NCBI GenBank assembly: GCA_037130655.1
Contig: JBAXSP010000001.1
Location: 37,641-101,640, forward strand
DNA from: a bacterium
GTDB taxonomy: Bacteria > Patescibacteriota > Minisyncoccia > Phycocordibacterales > UBA9973
Length of the DNA: 64,000 nt
Direction of reading: 5' to 3'
A program made the translations under genes and the position numbers. The first letter of the stretch is position 1. The number at the start of each line of letters is the position of its first letter. Below the pieces are notes generated by a model, which saw only the letters and a program-made list of their open reading frames with translations, did not search any database and had not been told where the DNA came from. Shown in pieces: positions 36,193-45,706 of this stretch.

Positions 36193-37578
36193 TCATTCAT
36201 CTATCAAAGAAAACTCATCAACAGATGGGTTTTCTTTTTTCTTGGAATACATTACAAAAGCACCGACAAAAACAAAAACTACTAAGGCGAGTATGATTAA
36301 CCATGAAGGAATTGTGGTACCAGCATCAGAAGCATTGGCACCAAGCGAATCGGTATCAATAGCATTCAAATCAATACTATTATTATCAATAACACTTGCC
36401 CGTTGAATAGATTTACTACTATGATCTTCAACAACATAAGTATTCGCACTTACTTCAGCTATTTGTGGTACTTCAATCGGCGCAATTGAGGCCAATAAAA
36501 CACCTTCTCGTGATACTAATAATGGTGATACAAAAGAAAATCCAGTAACTGTTTGTGTTATTGGTATTTCAGCTTTTGAAACAATTTTCATTCCGAATGG
36601 AAAAACAAAGATATTATCATTGTCGACAATCTTACTTTGTGACAAATCAACGTCATCTTCACCGGTATTTTTAATAAGCAACACATTATTGTCTTTGGTT
36701 ATCGAAAGGGTGTTTTTTGATACCGTAATCGTACTTGATCCGATATATGTTGGTTCTGGTTGATATTGCGATACAAAATAAGACAGCGAGACATTATACA
36801 CACCAGCTCGTTCATAATGATATGCCAACTTATCAAGATAATTTGTTGTAAAAGATTTTCCATCCCCCATACTCCATACAAAATATCCAGTCGTAATATT
36901 TTCACTCCACGAACCAAACACTTTGGCTGACAATTTGATTGGCAAATTAACACTGATTGATTTTGGTACGGAAATCAAAACAACTTCTTTTGGTAACACC
37001 GGTTCTTTTTTCACCGCAACACTCGTGTTTGGAGCAACCAAACCACCACCAGTATTGGTAGTCGTAGTGTTTGTTGTTATTGATGATGATTGACTGGTGC
37101 CACCAGCTTTTGGTGTAGCACTTGCGGTGATCCATACACCACCACTTTTCTGCATTGTATCTTTGGTACTAACATCACCAGCCGGCCAACCACTTGTATA
37201 GTTGAGTGATTCGATTGTATTACCGGCATCATTTTTCAAATACAGTGTTTCTCCAGCATTCGAAAGTCCGTGACCGAACGTTGCAATCAAATCAGCTGGC
37301 ACATTTGCAACAGAATCATCATCAGTTCGCTCAATCAAATAATATCCTTTTGCGGAAATAGTACCTGATAGATTGATAGAAATATTATTATCTTCAGAAA
37401 CAATTTTCCATCCATCCAAATTCTGACTTTGATCACCATCGTTAAACAATTCAATCCATTCATTGGTCGACGAGACCGTTGTACCCATCCAAGCTATCTC
37501 AGAGAAAAAGACAGTAGCCGAGACATTTTTTGTCATTAAAAGAAACAAAATAATGCTGTAGACTACCGCCTTTTTCAT
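36193..37578 (-). CDS. secreted lamin-tail-domain (LTD) protein with C-terminal TM anchor
   Basis: Signal peptide; LTD signature EIAWMGTT...NEWIELFN...GWKI...GETLYLKN; Thr-rich linker; C-terminal hydrophobic anchor. Confidence 0.7.
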   Translation of the reverse strand: MKKAVVYSIILFLLMTKNVSATVFFSEIAWMGTTVSSTNEWIELFNDGDQSQNLDGWKIVSEDNNISINLSGTISAKGYYLIERTDDDSVANVPADLIATFGHGLSNAGETLYLKNDAGNTIESLNYTSGWPAGDVSTKDTMQKSGGVWITASATPKAGGTSQSSSITTNTTTTNTGGGLVAPNTSVAVKKEPVLPKEVVLISVPKSISVNLPIKLSAKVFGSWSENITTGYFVWSMGDGKSFTTNYLDKLAYHYERAGVYNVSLSYFVSQYQPEPTYIGSSTITVSKNTLSITKDNNVLLIKNTGEDDVDLSQSKIVDNDNIFVFPFGMKIVSKAEIPITQTVTGFSFVSPLLVSREGVLLASIAPIEVPQIAEVSANTYVVEDHSSKSIQRASVIDNNSIDLNAIDTDSLGANASDAGTTIPSWLIILALVVFVFVGAFVMYSKKKENPSVDEFSLIDE

Positions 37579-37581
37579 ATG

Positions 37582-39567
37582 CTATTCATCCAAAAGTTTA
37601 CGGAGAACATCTTCTGGAACTTCTTTGTTTGTATCACTTTTTTGCGACTCTTTTTTCTCATCAGCAACATGAGGAGTTATCGGTCTTGCTGGAGCTGGAG
37701 CCGGTGCCGGTTTTGGAGCTTGCGATTTCGAAGCTTCCCCTTGTGCACTGTGCGAGACTTTCATCAATGCTTCTTTGAGTGAAGAAACTTTTTCAGCCGA
37801 AGCTGATTTGTCTTTTGTTAGTGATGAAAGTGAGAGTCCTTTTTTAGGTTCATCTTCTTTGTTGTTGATATTTCTTTCAAGCTCATCAACACCTTCTAAT
37901 TCACGAAGGATGTGGTGCATTTTTGAAGAAAAAGTATTTTTTTGAACAACAGGTTGCGGTGTTACTTCTTTTTGTATGACTTGTTCTGGTGCTCGATATG
38001 CTGTTTTTTTCTGTTCAAATACTTTCTTTTCAATTGTTTGCAGTACTTCTTTGACTGCTTGTTTTTCAGGTAAAATATTTTTGAAAGCTTCTTTAATTTT
38101 ATTTACCGGAGCAGGGAAGTTTGGTTTTTGGTTTTGAGTACCTGCATTTGTTGGTCCTTTTGTAGTGTAACTAGATGGGGAAGTCGGTTTAAATGAAGAC
38201 GATTGTTCTTTTGTATTCCCTGCTGGAGAAAATTTTTCTTTTTGAGAAAAATCGCCTTCTTTTTTACGTTCTGGAGCCTTTGTGGCTTCGAGAGAAATAC
38301 CAATTGCCTTTTCAACTTCTGCACGAGGTTTTGCGTACTGCTCTCTCGAACGTTCAATTACCCTATCCCTGTATGGTTGTGGCTCATTGACCGGCAAAAT
38401 AGTTCGAGCTGAAAACGGACGTGATTCTTGCCCATCAATCATCAAGCGAAGATATACTTGTGCGAAGCCCAGGTTCACCAAATCTTGATTCACAAACACT
38501 GGTGAGAATTGTTTTTCAAAAATATCAGCATCATCGGGGCCAATACGGAACGAAATCATCGTTCCAACGTTACCCAAAATAGCATCGCGAACTTCTTCAG
38601 TCATCTGTGCGACATATTGATTCGCAACAGTTAGTGCCAATTTGTATTTTCGAGATTCAGACAAAATTTGTGCAAATGCTTCGTTGGCAAAGTTTTGAAA
38701 TTCGTCCACATAGAAATAAAATGGCGCGGCTTTGTCCAATTGATCGCGACTCATTTCTGCGCGTTCCATCGCAGCCAAATAGATTTTGGTAATAATCGTA
38801 CCACCCAAAAGACTCATACTTTGCTCACCAATACGTCCTTTTGAAAGGTTAGCGATGAAGATTTTTTTCTTATCCATGATTTCTCGGAAATCGAACGATG
38901 ACGTTGGTTGTCCGATAATATTTCGAATAACTGGATTGGTAGTGAATTGTCCAATTTTGTTTTGAATCGCAGGTGTAGCTTCTTGAGCAAAACGGTCCGT
39001 ATATTTAGCAAATTCATCTACCCAAAAAGACTTCACCGCAGGGTCAGTGATGTGCGCGACAACTTGATTACGAAATTCTTTATCGGCAAACATTTTGTTG
39101 ATGAGCATCAACGTTGAACCCGGGTATTCGAGCAGTGCCAAAATCGTATTGTTCAGCATGTGTTCCATACGAGCAGAGAAAGAGTCTGGCCAAATCTTTT
39201 TGAAGGTACTCATGAGTCCTGATGCGACCAAGTGACGTTTGTCTGGGCCAATATTTTCCATGACATTGAAGGCGATTGGATATTCCAAATCAAACGGCGC
39301 AAAATACACCACATCATCAATACGGTGTGCAGGAATATATTCCAAAATTCGTTCCGCGAAAGAACCGTGAGGGTCAATAATTGCAAGCCCTTCGCCATTG
39401 TTCACGTCTTGGATTGCCAACGTTTCAAGGAGTGTTGATTTTCCAGTTCCAGTTTTTCCAATGATGTACGTGTGACGTGCACGATCTTTTTCTTTGATAC
39501 CAAAACGAACATTGCGATTGCGATGATCGGTTTCTCCAAAGTATGTGATGTGAGGATTTTCTGCCAT
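37582..39567 (-). CDS. TraD/VirD4-family (type IV coupling protein-like) P-loop ATPase with ~250-aa disordered K/P/E/S-rich C-terminal tail
   Basis: Walker A IIGKTGTGKSTLL...IDPHG, and Walker B/TraG-D_C-like FYVDEFQNF...ESRKYKLALTVANQ. Start moved to MAENPHITY. Confidence 0.65.
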   Translation of the reverse strand: MAENPHITYFGETDHRNRNVRFGIKEKDRARHTYIIGKTGTGKSTLLETLAIQDVNNGEGLAIIDPHGSFAERILEYIPAHRIDDVVYFAPFDLEYPIAFNVMENIGPDKRHLVASGLMSTFKKIWPDSFSARMEHMLNNTILALLEYPGSTLMLINKMFADKEFRNQVVAHITDPAVKSFWVDEFAKYTDRFAQEATPAIQNKIGQFTTNPVIRNIIGQPTSSFDFREIMDKKKIFIANLSKGRIGEQSMSLLGGTIITKIYLAAMERAEMSRDQLDKAAPFYFYVDEFQNFANEAFAQILSESRKYKLALTVANQYVAQMTEEVRDAILGNVGTMISFRIGPDDADIFEKQFSPVFVNQDLVNLGFAQVYLRLMIDGQESRPFSARTILPVNEPQPYRDRVIERSREQYAKPRAEVEKAIGISLEATKAPERKKEGDFSQKEKFSPAGNTKEQSSSFKPTSPSSYTTKGPTNAGTQNQKPNFPAPVNKIKEAFKNILPEKQAVKEVLQTIEKKVFEQKKTAYRAPEQVIQKEVTPQPVVQKNTFSSKMHHILRELEGVDELERNINNKEDEPKKGLSLSSLTKDKSASAEKVSSLKEALMKVSHSAQGEASKSQAPKPAPAPAPARPITPHVADEKKESQKSDTNKEVPEDVLRKLLDE

Positions 39568-39652
39568 ATTGATTACAGTATAGCAAGAAGTATGAGGATA
39601 AAGTATGAGGATAAAAAACTCTCTATTAAAATAGAGAGTTACATTCGATTTA

Positions 39653-40246
39653 CTATTTAATTTTGTACAGATCAAACTGTATAATAGCTTGAACCATTTC
39701 GTGATTTACAAAATGTTCTTTCTTATGAAAAGAATATTTTCTAGAGTCCTCCTTACTAATTCCGTTCAATACCATAAAATCAGTCCCGGCAACCTTCATT
39801 GCCCAATCATCCATATCGATAGTTGAAGGAAATGGTTCAGTAAAAGCATCTTTGATAACTATTTGATGTGTAGGTCCATTAACTTGATTGCCGGCATTTG
39901 GAGAAAGGCGTGAAAAATCTATACAAAAGGCATTTAAATTATTATCCTTCATATACTTATTTCTCAGATTAACATACTTGGCCGGAGCCTCTCGAAACAT
40001 TTTTTTCTGAAAAGCCTGCCATACAGCAAACAGTTCTTTGGTTTTTATTTTCTTTTCATCTGACAAAACTTCATAATTTCCATCAATAATCCGAGAAATA
40101 AAATCACGATTTTTCTGTTCTTGAACCTTTTCTTCTTGATCAATATCGGCAAGATTCTGCTTCTTGTTTTTGTTTTTAATATATAAAAAATGTATTAAAA
40201 TCCATAATAATACAGCACCGCCGACTATGTACACTAAAATATCCAT
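39653..40246 (-). CDS. hypothetical membrane-anchored protein (first gene of the TraD-like operon)
   Basis: 197 aa with an N-terminal TM segment; co-directional and tightly spaced with the next two genes. Confidence 0.5.
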   Translation of the reverse strand: MDILVYIVGGAVLLWILIHFLYIKNKNKKQNLADIDQEEKVQEQKNRDFISRIIDGNYEVLSDEKKIKTKELFAVWQAFQKKMFREAPAKYVNLRNKYMKDNNLNAFCIDFSRLSPNAGNQVNGPTHQIVIKDAFTEPFPSTIDMDDWAMKVAGTDFMVLNGISKEDSRKYSFHKKEHFVNHEMVQAIIQFDLYKIK

Positions 40247-40299
40247 ATTTGTTTATTTTTTAATCCGAAATCACTATACACATATGATGTCATTATGTC

Positions 40300-40331
40300 A
40301 AAAGAGCGCAACCTTCGGTTGCGCTCTTTTG
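40300..40331. terminator. terminator (AGAGCGCAACC-TTCG-GTTGCGCTCT)
   Basis: Perfect hairpin with a UUCG loop downstream of rlmB. Confidence 0.7.
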
Positions 40332-40352
40332 AATTTCATTATTAATTCGTAA

Positions 40353-41096
40353 TTAAATAAAGTTTTGTTTACTCCATTCCCAAATCAATACAGCAGATGA
40401 GACTGATGCGTTCAAAGAATCAACGCCTGACTTCATTGGAATACGTACCAAGATATCACAAATTTCTGTCGTCTTTTGCGCAATACCGTGTTCTTCATTT
40501 CCAATAATAAAAACTGAAGGGGAGTCAAAAGTAATTTCAGACAGGGAAGTCGTAGCTTTTTCAGAAAGTCCGTATGTCCAAAATCCTTCATCTTTCAATG
40601 TACGCAATGTTTGATTGATATTCCCTATTTGCACCAAGGGAATCTGCGTTACTGTTCCAGCTGATGTTTTATACACAGCACCAGTAATTCCCGCTTGATT
40701 ATCCTTAGGTATCAATACCCCAGACACCCCCAATGCACACGCAGAACGAATAACTGCTCCAACATTGTGTGGATCAGTCAGTTCATCCAATATAACCAAA
40801 CTCGGATTCTTTGTTTTATCAAGTGTCTTCAAAAAATCTCCAAGCATCAACATTTTTGGCGGATTAATTTCTGCCATCACACCTTGGTGGACGGCATCAC
40901 GAACACGCTCGCGAAAAGGAGCATCGTTCATACAAATTTCCACGGGGATTTGCGCACGATGTGCTATCGCGACAATTTTGTTCATTTCTTTTTGTGTACT
41001 TGTTTTCTTGACCCAGATCTTTTTGATCTCTTTTGGGCTTACAGAAATAGTTTCAAGTACTGGATGAATTCCATAGATATAGAGTGTTTTTGCCAT
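40353..41096 (-). CDS. rlmB: 23S rRNA (guanosine-2'-O)-methyltransferase RlmB (SpoU/TrmH family)
   Basis: SpoU substrate-binding N-domain, and the VILDELTDPHNVGAVIRSA / IGNEEHGI / LNASVSSAV SPOUT motifs. Confidence 0.85.
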   Translation of the reverse strand: MAKTLYIYGIHPVLETISVSPKEIKKIWVKKTSTQKEMNKIVAIAHRAQIPVEICMNDAPFRERVRDAVHQGVMAEINPPKMLMLGDFLKTLDKTKNPSLVILDELTDPHNVGAVIRSACALGVSGVLIPKDNQAGITGAVYKTSAGTVTQIPLVQIGNINQTLRTLKDEGFWTYGLSEKATTSLSEITFDSPSVFIIGNEEHGIAQKTTEICDILVRIPMKSGVDSLNASVSSAVLIWEWSKQNFI

Positions 41097-41298
41097 ATCC
41101 CTACCCTATCATTTTTTTTGACTTTTTGCAATATATGTTTCAAAATAAAGTTTCTTCGCTGGGAATTTGAGATATTACATACACTCGCTTCTTTCGTACT
41201 TTGTCAGAGTAAAATCCCGCGATACTAACCTTTGTTTCGTCTTCGACTCGGACGATGTGAAAGTAACGACACTTTCAGACGCTCCTCGCTCGACGAAA

Positions 41299-41325
41299 TA
41301 AAAAAAATCCCGAAAATTTCGGGAT
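41299..41325 (-). terminator. terminator of 41325..41801 (ATCCCGAAAATTTCGGGAT with an A8/T8 run)
   Basis: Hairpin overlapping the stop codon. Confidence 0.65.
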
Positions 41326-41801
41326 TAGATTGCAACGGTCAGTTGAGGCATGAGATACACTTCTTGCGTCTTACCTTTTATCAAAATAACTTCTTCAAGT
41401 AATTTTGGTGCATAAAAAAGTTTACGCAACCCATTCTCCATAAAAATAAAACCTGCATTGTAAAAATCTTTTGACAATGCAACGCCGTACTCTTTCGGAA
41501 TAACGATAACTAACTCTTCTTCTGAAGAAACGGCGGGACGTTGTGCAACGAGGTGTTTCTTTCCAGATGTCATCCTGACTTCATAAAAAGCGATATCATA
41601 AATTATTTTTTTATAATCACCATCTATCCATTTTTTGAATGAGTAGGCAGGTGGACGATGTTCACTAAAAAGAATTTTTGATTTTTCTGAAGCAGTATTC
41701 CCCATCAAAAGATATGGGACTTTGACAAAAGAACCATCTGGATCGTGAGCAACAATTCCGGGAACGATTCCCGTACCAGGAACAAAGGTATATGCTTTCA
41801 T
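41325..41801 (-). CDS. hypothetical protein
   Basis: 158-aa ORF. No recognised domain. Confidence 0.45.
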   Translation of the reverse strand: MKAYTFVPGTGIVPGIVAHDPDGSFVKVPYLLMGNTASEKSKILFSEHRPPAYSFKKWIDGDYKKIIYDIAFYEVRMTSGKKHLVAQRPAVSSEEELVIVIPKEYGVALSKDFYNAGFIFMENGLRKLFYAPKLLEEVILIKGKTQEVYLMPQLTVAI

Positions 41802-41917
41802 TTTTGTCTGTATAGTATAAATTCCATATAAACTAAACCATATTTATAAACAAAAAGCAATATTTCTAAGTTTATCGAAAAATGTATGAAATAAAAAAAC
41901 CGTTTAATAAAACGGTT

Positions 41918-42181
41918 TTAAAAATCTTGAAATCCCCTTTCGTGAGCTATTTTTCTTCGGCGTGCCAAATCATTGAAATACCATTCTTGTTGTTTTTTGT
42001 TCATCGTTTCTAATGCGTCAATATCTAGACTTAATGAACCATGATGAAATTCATCTTTGCGAACATATAAACGTGACCAGAAAAGTCTCATTCGGCTTCG
42101 TGTAAACTTACAGAAAAACTGTATAGAGGACGATATCCTGTATAACAAATACTGCAACTGTGGGAGTATATTCTTTTTCAT
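41918..42181 (-). CDS. hypothetical small basic protein (questionable)
   Basis: 87-aa ORF ending in a terminator hairpin at 41893-41919. Arg-rich; could be spurious. Confidence 0.3.
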   Translation of the reverse strand: MKKNILPQLQYLLYRISSSIQFFCKFTRSRMRLFWSRLYVRKDEFHHGSLSLDIDALETMNKKQQEWYFNDLARRRKIAHERGFQDF

Positions 42182-42286
42182 ACTATTATAAAGTGCTTTT
42201 TACCAAGGTCTTTATACCACAATAAAAAATAATTAGAAAGGTTTTCAACGCACCGGAAAAAGGAAGCTATTTTTAACAATTTTTAT

Positions 42287-42919
42287 TTAGAAATGATTTT
42301 TAATATACTCTTCAAGATGAGTAGTTGTATCAACAATTGCAATAAGATTTTCATAAATACCCTCTTCAAAATATTCTCTCGGATGGACTCCCCATGTTAC
42401 TGCAATTGTTGGTAATCCAACCTCTCTCGCTTCTTTAATATCACCAATCGTATCAGTAATAAAAATCATATTTTCAATTTTCTGATTGAATTTTTCTGCA
42501 ATGATCTTAAATTTTTCAACCTTACTCGTATGCACCTCCTTTGTTGCAATAAAAGAAAATAATTCGGTAATTCCTTCTCTGTCAAACAAGGGTATACAAT
42601 TTGGTAAAATTGCAGAACTATTTACTACAAGTGTGCATATGTCAGCAAGATGATGCAAGAGCTCTTTTATTCCTTCATACATCGGAGCATTCGCCTTATT
42701 CTTGGTATATGTTTCTGTTCTCTCTTTACGCTCTTCTTCTGTTTCTTCTTTCATGAGATGAGTAATTTTACTTATCTCTTCAAAAATATTACCAGTATGT
42801 AAATCTCTTATCTCTTTATCTGATAAGGTCGGATATCTTACCTTTGTATCTTGATGCATCAATTCTACAGAATCAAACAAAACACCATCAACATCAAAAA
42901 TTACTACTTTTTTATTCAT
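42287..42919 (-). CDS. HAD-superfamily hydrolase
   Basis: Motif I VVIFDVDGVLFDS, and motif III/IV (K...GD/ITDT). Confidence 0.75.
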   Translation of the reverse strand: MNKKVVIFDVDGVLFDSVELMHQDTKVRYPTLSDKEIRDLHTGNIFEEISKITHLMKEETEEERKERTETYTKNKANAPMYEGIKELLHHLADICTLVVNSSAILPNCIPLFDREGITELFSFIATKEVHTSKVEKFKIIAEKFNQKIENMIFITDTIGDIKEAREVGLPTIAVTWGVHPREYFEEGIYENLIAIVDTTTHLEEYIKNHF

Positions 42920-42960
42920 ACTATTGATTATACCAAAAAACCTCCTTTCGGAGGTTTTTA

Positions 42961-43344
42961 TTATAGATTAACTGGAGCAGTAACTGCTTGTAACTTGTGG
43001 TAATACTTATATGAAATCGCAAGGATGACAAATGCGACAGCCGGAATCAAAAGCATTGGACCAAATCCTGCTACTGCCCAAATACTCCAAAAGGCGCAAA
43101 TGAAATCAATTCCAAATCCTGCATATGCCCATTCCTTCATATTCTTCGGGAACTTCGGAACAATGAGCACAATTGCCCCTGCAACTTTGAATACTGTCAG
43201 CATGGTAACGAAATATAGTGGATAACCAAGGTTAGTAATACCATCGATAGACATTTGACTTTGTGAAGTCAAAGCTGGCATCACCCCTTCGAATAAAAAG
43301 ATAATTGTTGTCGTAATCCAAAAAATGATTTTATGTTTTTTCAT
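42961..43344 (-). CDS. DoxX-family membrane protein
   Basis: 127 aa with four TM segments and a DoxX-like pattern. Confidence 0.55.
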   Translation of the reverse strand: MKKHKIIFWITTTIIFLFEGVMPALTSQSQMSIDGITNLGYPLYFVTMLTVFKVAGAIVLIVPKFPKNMKEWAYAGFGIDFICAFWSIWAVAGFGPMLLIPAVAFVILAISYKYYHKLQAVTAPVNL

Positions 43345-43408
43345 ATAGGAGTATTATAACAAGTAATTATAAAAAATAAAAAAGGCTTTTAAAGCCTTTT
43401 TTGATTAG

Positions 43409-43750
43409 TTATTCTACTTTCCAATTAATTTTTACTACACTAGAACCAGCCAGTTGGTTAATTTTCGTTACGATAAAAAAATCAGAATCGTATTTTACAA
43501 AATAAACAGTACCAAAATCCTCAACATAAACTTTCACCGCTGTTTTATTATCATTACTGTAACCAGCAACTGCTGCACCAAGTTGAATCATTACATCAAT
43601 GAAACTTACGAGCAGCGGATCGGACTGAAGCTTACCTTTAGTAACCTCAGCAATAACACTGTCACCATATGTTCCGGTAGGATAGGTATAATATTCCACC
43701 AATGTTTTTCTACTAGTCAGAATAGTGTCTAAAATTTCTTTATGTATCAT
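43409..43750 (-). CDS. hypothetical protein
   Basis: 113-aa ORF. Confidence 0.4.
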   Translation of the reverse strand: MIHKEILDTILTSRKTLVEYYTYPTGTYGDSVIAEVTKGKLQSDPLLVSFIDVMIQLGAAVAGYSNDNKTAVKVYVEDFGTVYFVKYDSDFFIVTKINQLAGSSVVKINWKVE

Positions 43751-43849
43751 TTTATTTACTTATTTATTTCCATTTTCAACAATAGCACATTAAATTGGTA
43801 TTGTAAATATCAATAAAAAAACTTCCTTTTCGGGAAGTTTTTTTATTAC

Positions 43850-44257
43850 TTATTTAAACCAAGCACTTTGCCATCCTTTCATCATTTCAATCTCTTTTGT
43901 TTGAGCCGAAATAATGTCATTTGCAAGTTTGATCAATTCAGGTCGTTTTGATGTTGCAAGGACTTGCTTTGCCATGACTACCGCCCCTTCGTGGTGCATA
44001 ATCATCTCTGACAAAAACGCTTTATCAAAATCATCACCTGATTTTCCTTCCAAAGAAGCACTCATTCCTTTCATCATACTCTCCATATCCATTCCAGTAT
44101 TACTCATCATACTTCCGTCGGGCATTTGATGCATCATAGCTCGTTCATTTCTTTCGTTCCAGTTTCTGTGTGAACCAAACGAAGTAAACGCACCCATGAT
44201 AAGCAATCCGGCAAGTAATCCAATCACTCCATACAGTACATTTTTGTTTTCCATCAT
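43850..44257 (-). CDS. DUF305-domain protein
   Basis: N-terminal TM, Met-rich segment, and FDKAFLSEMIMHHEGAVVMAK...HPELIKLANDIISAQTKEIEMMKGW, the DUF305 signature. Confidence 0.7.
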   Translation of the reverse strand: MMENKNVLYGVIGLLAGLLIMGAFTSFGSHRNWNERNERAMMHQMPDGSMMSNTGMDMESMMKGMSASLEGKSGDDFDKAFLSEMIMHHEGAVVMAKQVLATSKRPELIKLANDIISAQTKEIEMMKGWQSAWFK

Positions 44258-44593
44258 ATTTTTTGAGTTAGTAGTAATACTACAAGTATATCATTTTACA
44301 AAGAAAGGATAATTAGGTGTAATCAGATATGTGTGTCATAACACAATTTAGCTTGCTTTATGTCAATATTAAGCACATACTATCTCTGGTGAACGGTATC
44401 TAATGACCGATACATAAAAACAGACTTGTTAATCTTAAAAATCGACTGCGAAGTATTCCTAACCTGATTCGCAATAGAAATCTCTTATGGTGTGTAATTT
44501 AGAAATCGATTTACTTCAAGAATATCGAATTCTCGAATTAATCGTCTAAAACAAGTATTTAAAAAATATATTTGTTTTAGTAAAAAAAATAGT

Positions 44594-45265
44594 ATGGCTA
44601 ATAAAATCGTTTCTTCATTGAAGAAAAATCTTTTAACTGGAACAGCCTTGGCTCTTATCATTATCCCCGCACTTTCTTCTGCTGATACACTAACTCGTTA
44701 TTTACAACTTGGTGCAAAAGGAGCTGATGTTACATCATTGCAAAGTTTCCTTGCTGGAGATAACACTATCTACCCTCAAGGCAAAGTAACTGGCTACTTT
44801 GGATCTCTGACAAAATCAGCAGTTTCAAATTACCAAGTTCGAAACAATATCCCAACTCCAAATGGTGTTGGTGCAGGACGTGTTGGTCCATCAACAATGG
44901 CGAGTATCAACGGACAAATGAATGCTGGTGGAATAAACAATGGTGCAAATGTTGACGCAGCGATTATATCATTAGTATCTGTAGCAACAACAAATAATAA
45001 TGCATACGTATCTTGGAATACAAATGAACTAGCAAAAGGAGTTGTGTACTACAGTACATACCCACTTTCTCTAACAAATGAGACTTTGAACTCAATTGAT
45101 ATTTCAGGAAGTGTTGCTCAAAATGACAACGCATTGCGCACTTCACAAAGTATTAATCTTTCAGGTCTACAAGCAAATACTACATACTACTATGCGATCT
45201 ACACAACAGACGCCGCAGGAAATGTTAGTATGACTTGGCCTACAAGTTTCAAAACTTCAAACTAG
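44594..45265 (+). CDS. secreted protein with a peptidoglycan-binding (PGBD-like) domain and a C-terminal beta-rich domain
   Basis: Signal peptide. LQLGAKGADVTSLQSFLAG...GYFGSLTKSAVSNYQ matches PG_binding_1. Confidence 0.6.
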   Translation: MANKIVSSLKKNLLTGTALALIIIPALSSADTLTRYLQLGAKGADVTSLQSFLAGDNTIYPQGKVTGYFGSLTKSAVSNYQVRNNIPTPNGVGAGRVGPSTMASINGQMNAGGINNGANVDAAIISLVSVATTNNNAYVSWNTNELAKGVVYYSTYPLSLTNETLNSIDISGSVAQNDNALRTSQSINLSGLQANTTYYYAIYTTDAAGNVSMTWPTSFKTSN

Positions 45266-45277
45266 TATTCAACTAAG

Positions 45278-45430
45278 ATGCTTACAAACATTGCACTCGT
45301 CTTGTTGATTATCTGGCTCCTTGGATTTTTTGGATTACACCTCGTCGGAGGATTCATCCATATACTCCTTGTAGTCGCAGTAGCACTCTTTCTCATCAGA
45401 ATTATTCGCGGAGAAAATCCACTGACATAA
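45278..45430 (+). CDS. lmo0937-family small membrane protein (50 aa; not in the ORF track)
   Basis: Translates to MLTNIALVLLIIWLLGFFGLHLVGGFIHILLVVAVALFLIRIIRGENPLT, matching the lmo0937 family pattern (W.LGF......GG.IH.LLV.A...L.I). Followed by a terminator at 45444-45473. Confidence 0.6.
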   Translation: MLTNIALVLLIIWLLGFFGLHLVGGFIHILLVVAVALFLIRIIRGENPLT

Positions 45431-45443
45431 AAGAAGTAAAAAC

Positions 45444-45473
45444 AAAAAAATCACCCCGATAGGTGATTTTTTT
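45444..45473. terminator. bidirectional terminator (AAAAAAATCACCCCGATAGGTGATTTTTTT)
   Basis: Perfect hairpin with an A7 run and a T7 run between convergent small genes. Confidence 0.75.
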
Positions 45474-45477
45474 GTTT

Positions 45478-45606
45478 TTACTTCTTCTTCCCTTTTACTA
45501 CCTTTTTTCTTGAAGCAAGTAGTGCGATCTTCTTTGCTACACGAGCTGCTGGCTTATGTGCTTTGACGAACTTTAGTTTACTGATTGAATTTTTTCTTTT
45601 TGCCAT
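45478..45606 (-). CDS. hypothetical 42-aa highly basic protein (not in the ORF track)
   Basis: Minus-strand ORF MAKRKNSISKLKFVKAHKPAARVAKKIALLASRKKVVKGKKK. It ends at the bidirectional terminator and is ribosomal-protein-like in composition, but no family was recognised. Confidence 0.35.
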   Translation of the reverse strand: MAKRKNSISKLKFVKAHKPAARVAKKIALLASRKKVVKGKKK

Positions 45607-45706
45607 ATATGTTGATTGTATAATAATTTAGAGCTTTATACACCCTACTATACACAATTTACAGCTTACTGTAAATAAAAAACCATTGGTTTGATATACT
45701 ACCCTT

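Noticed and set aside
40695-41228. ORFs 40695..41228(+) and 40765..41067(+).
   Set aside because: Antisense to the well-supported rlmB gene and to its leader. The Cys/His-rich composition looks like an antisense artefact.
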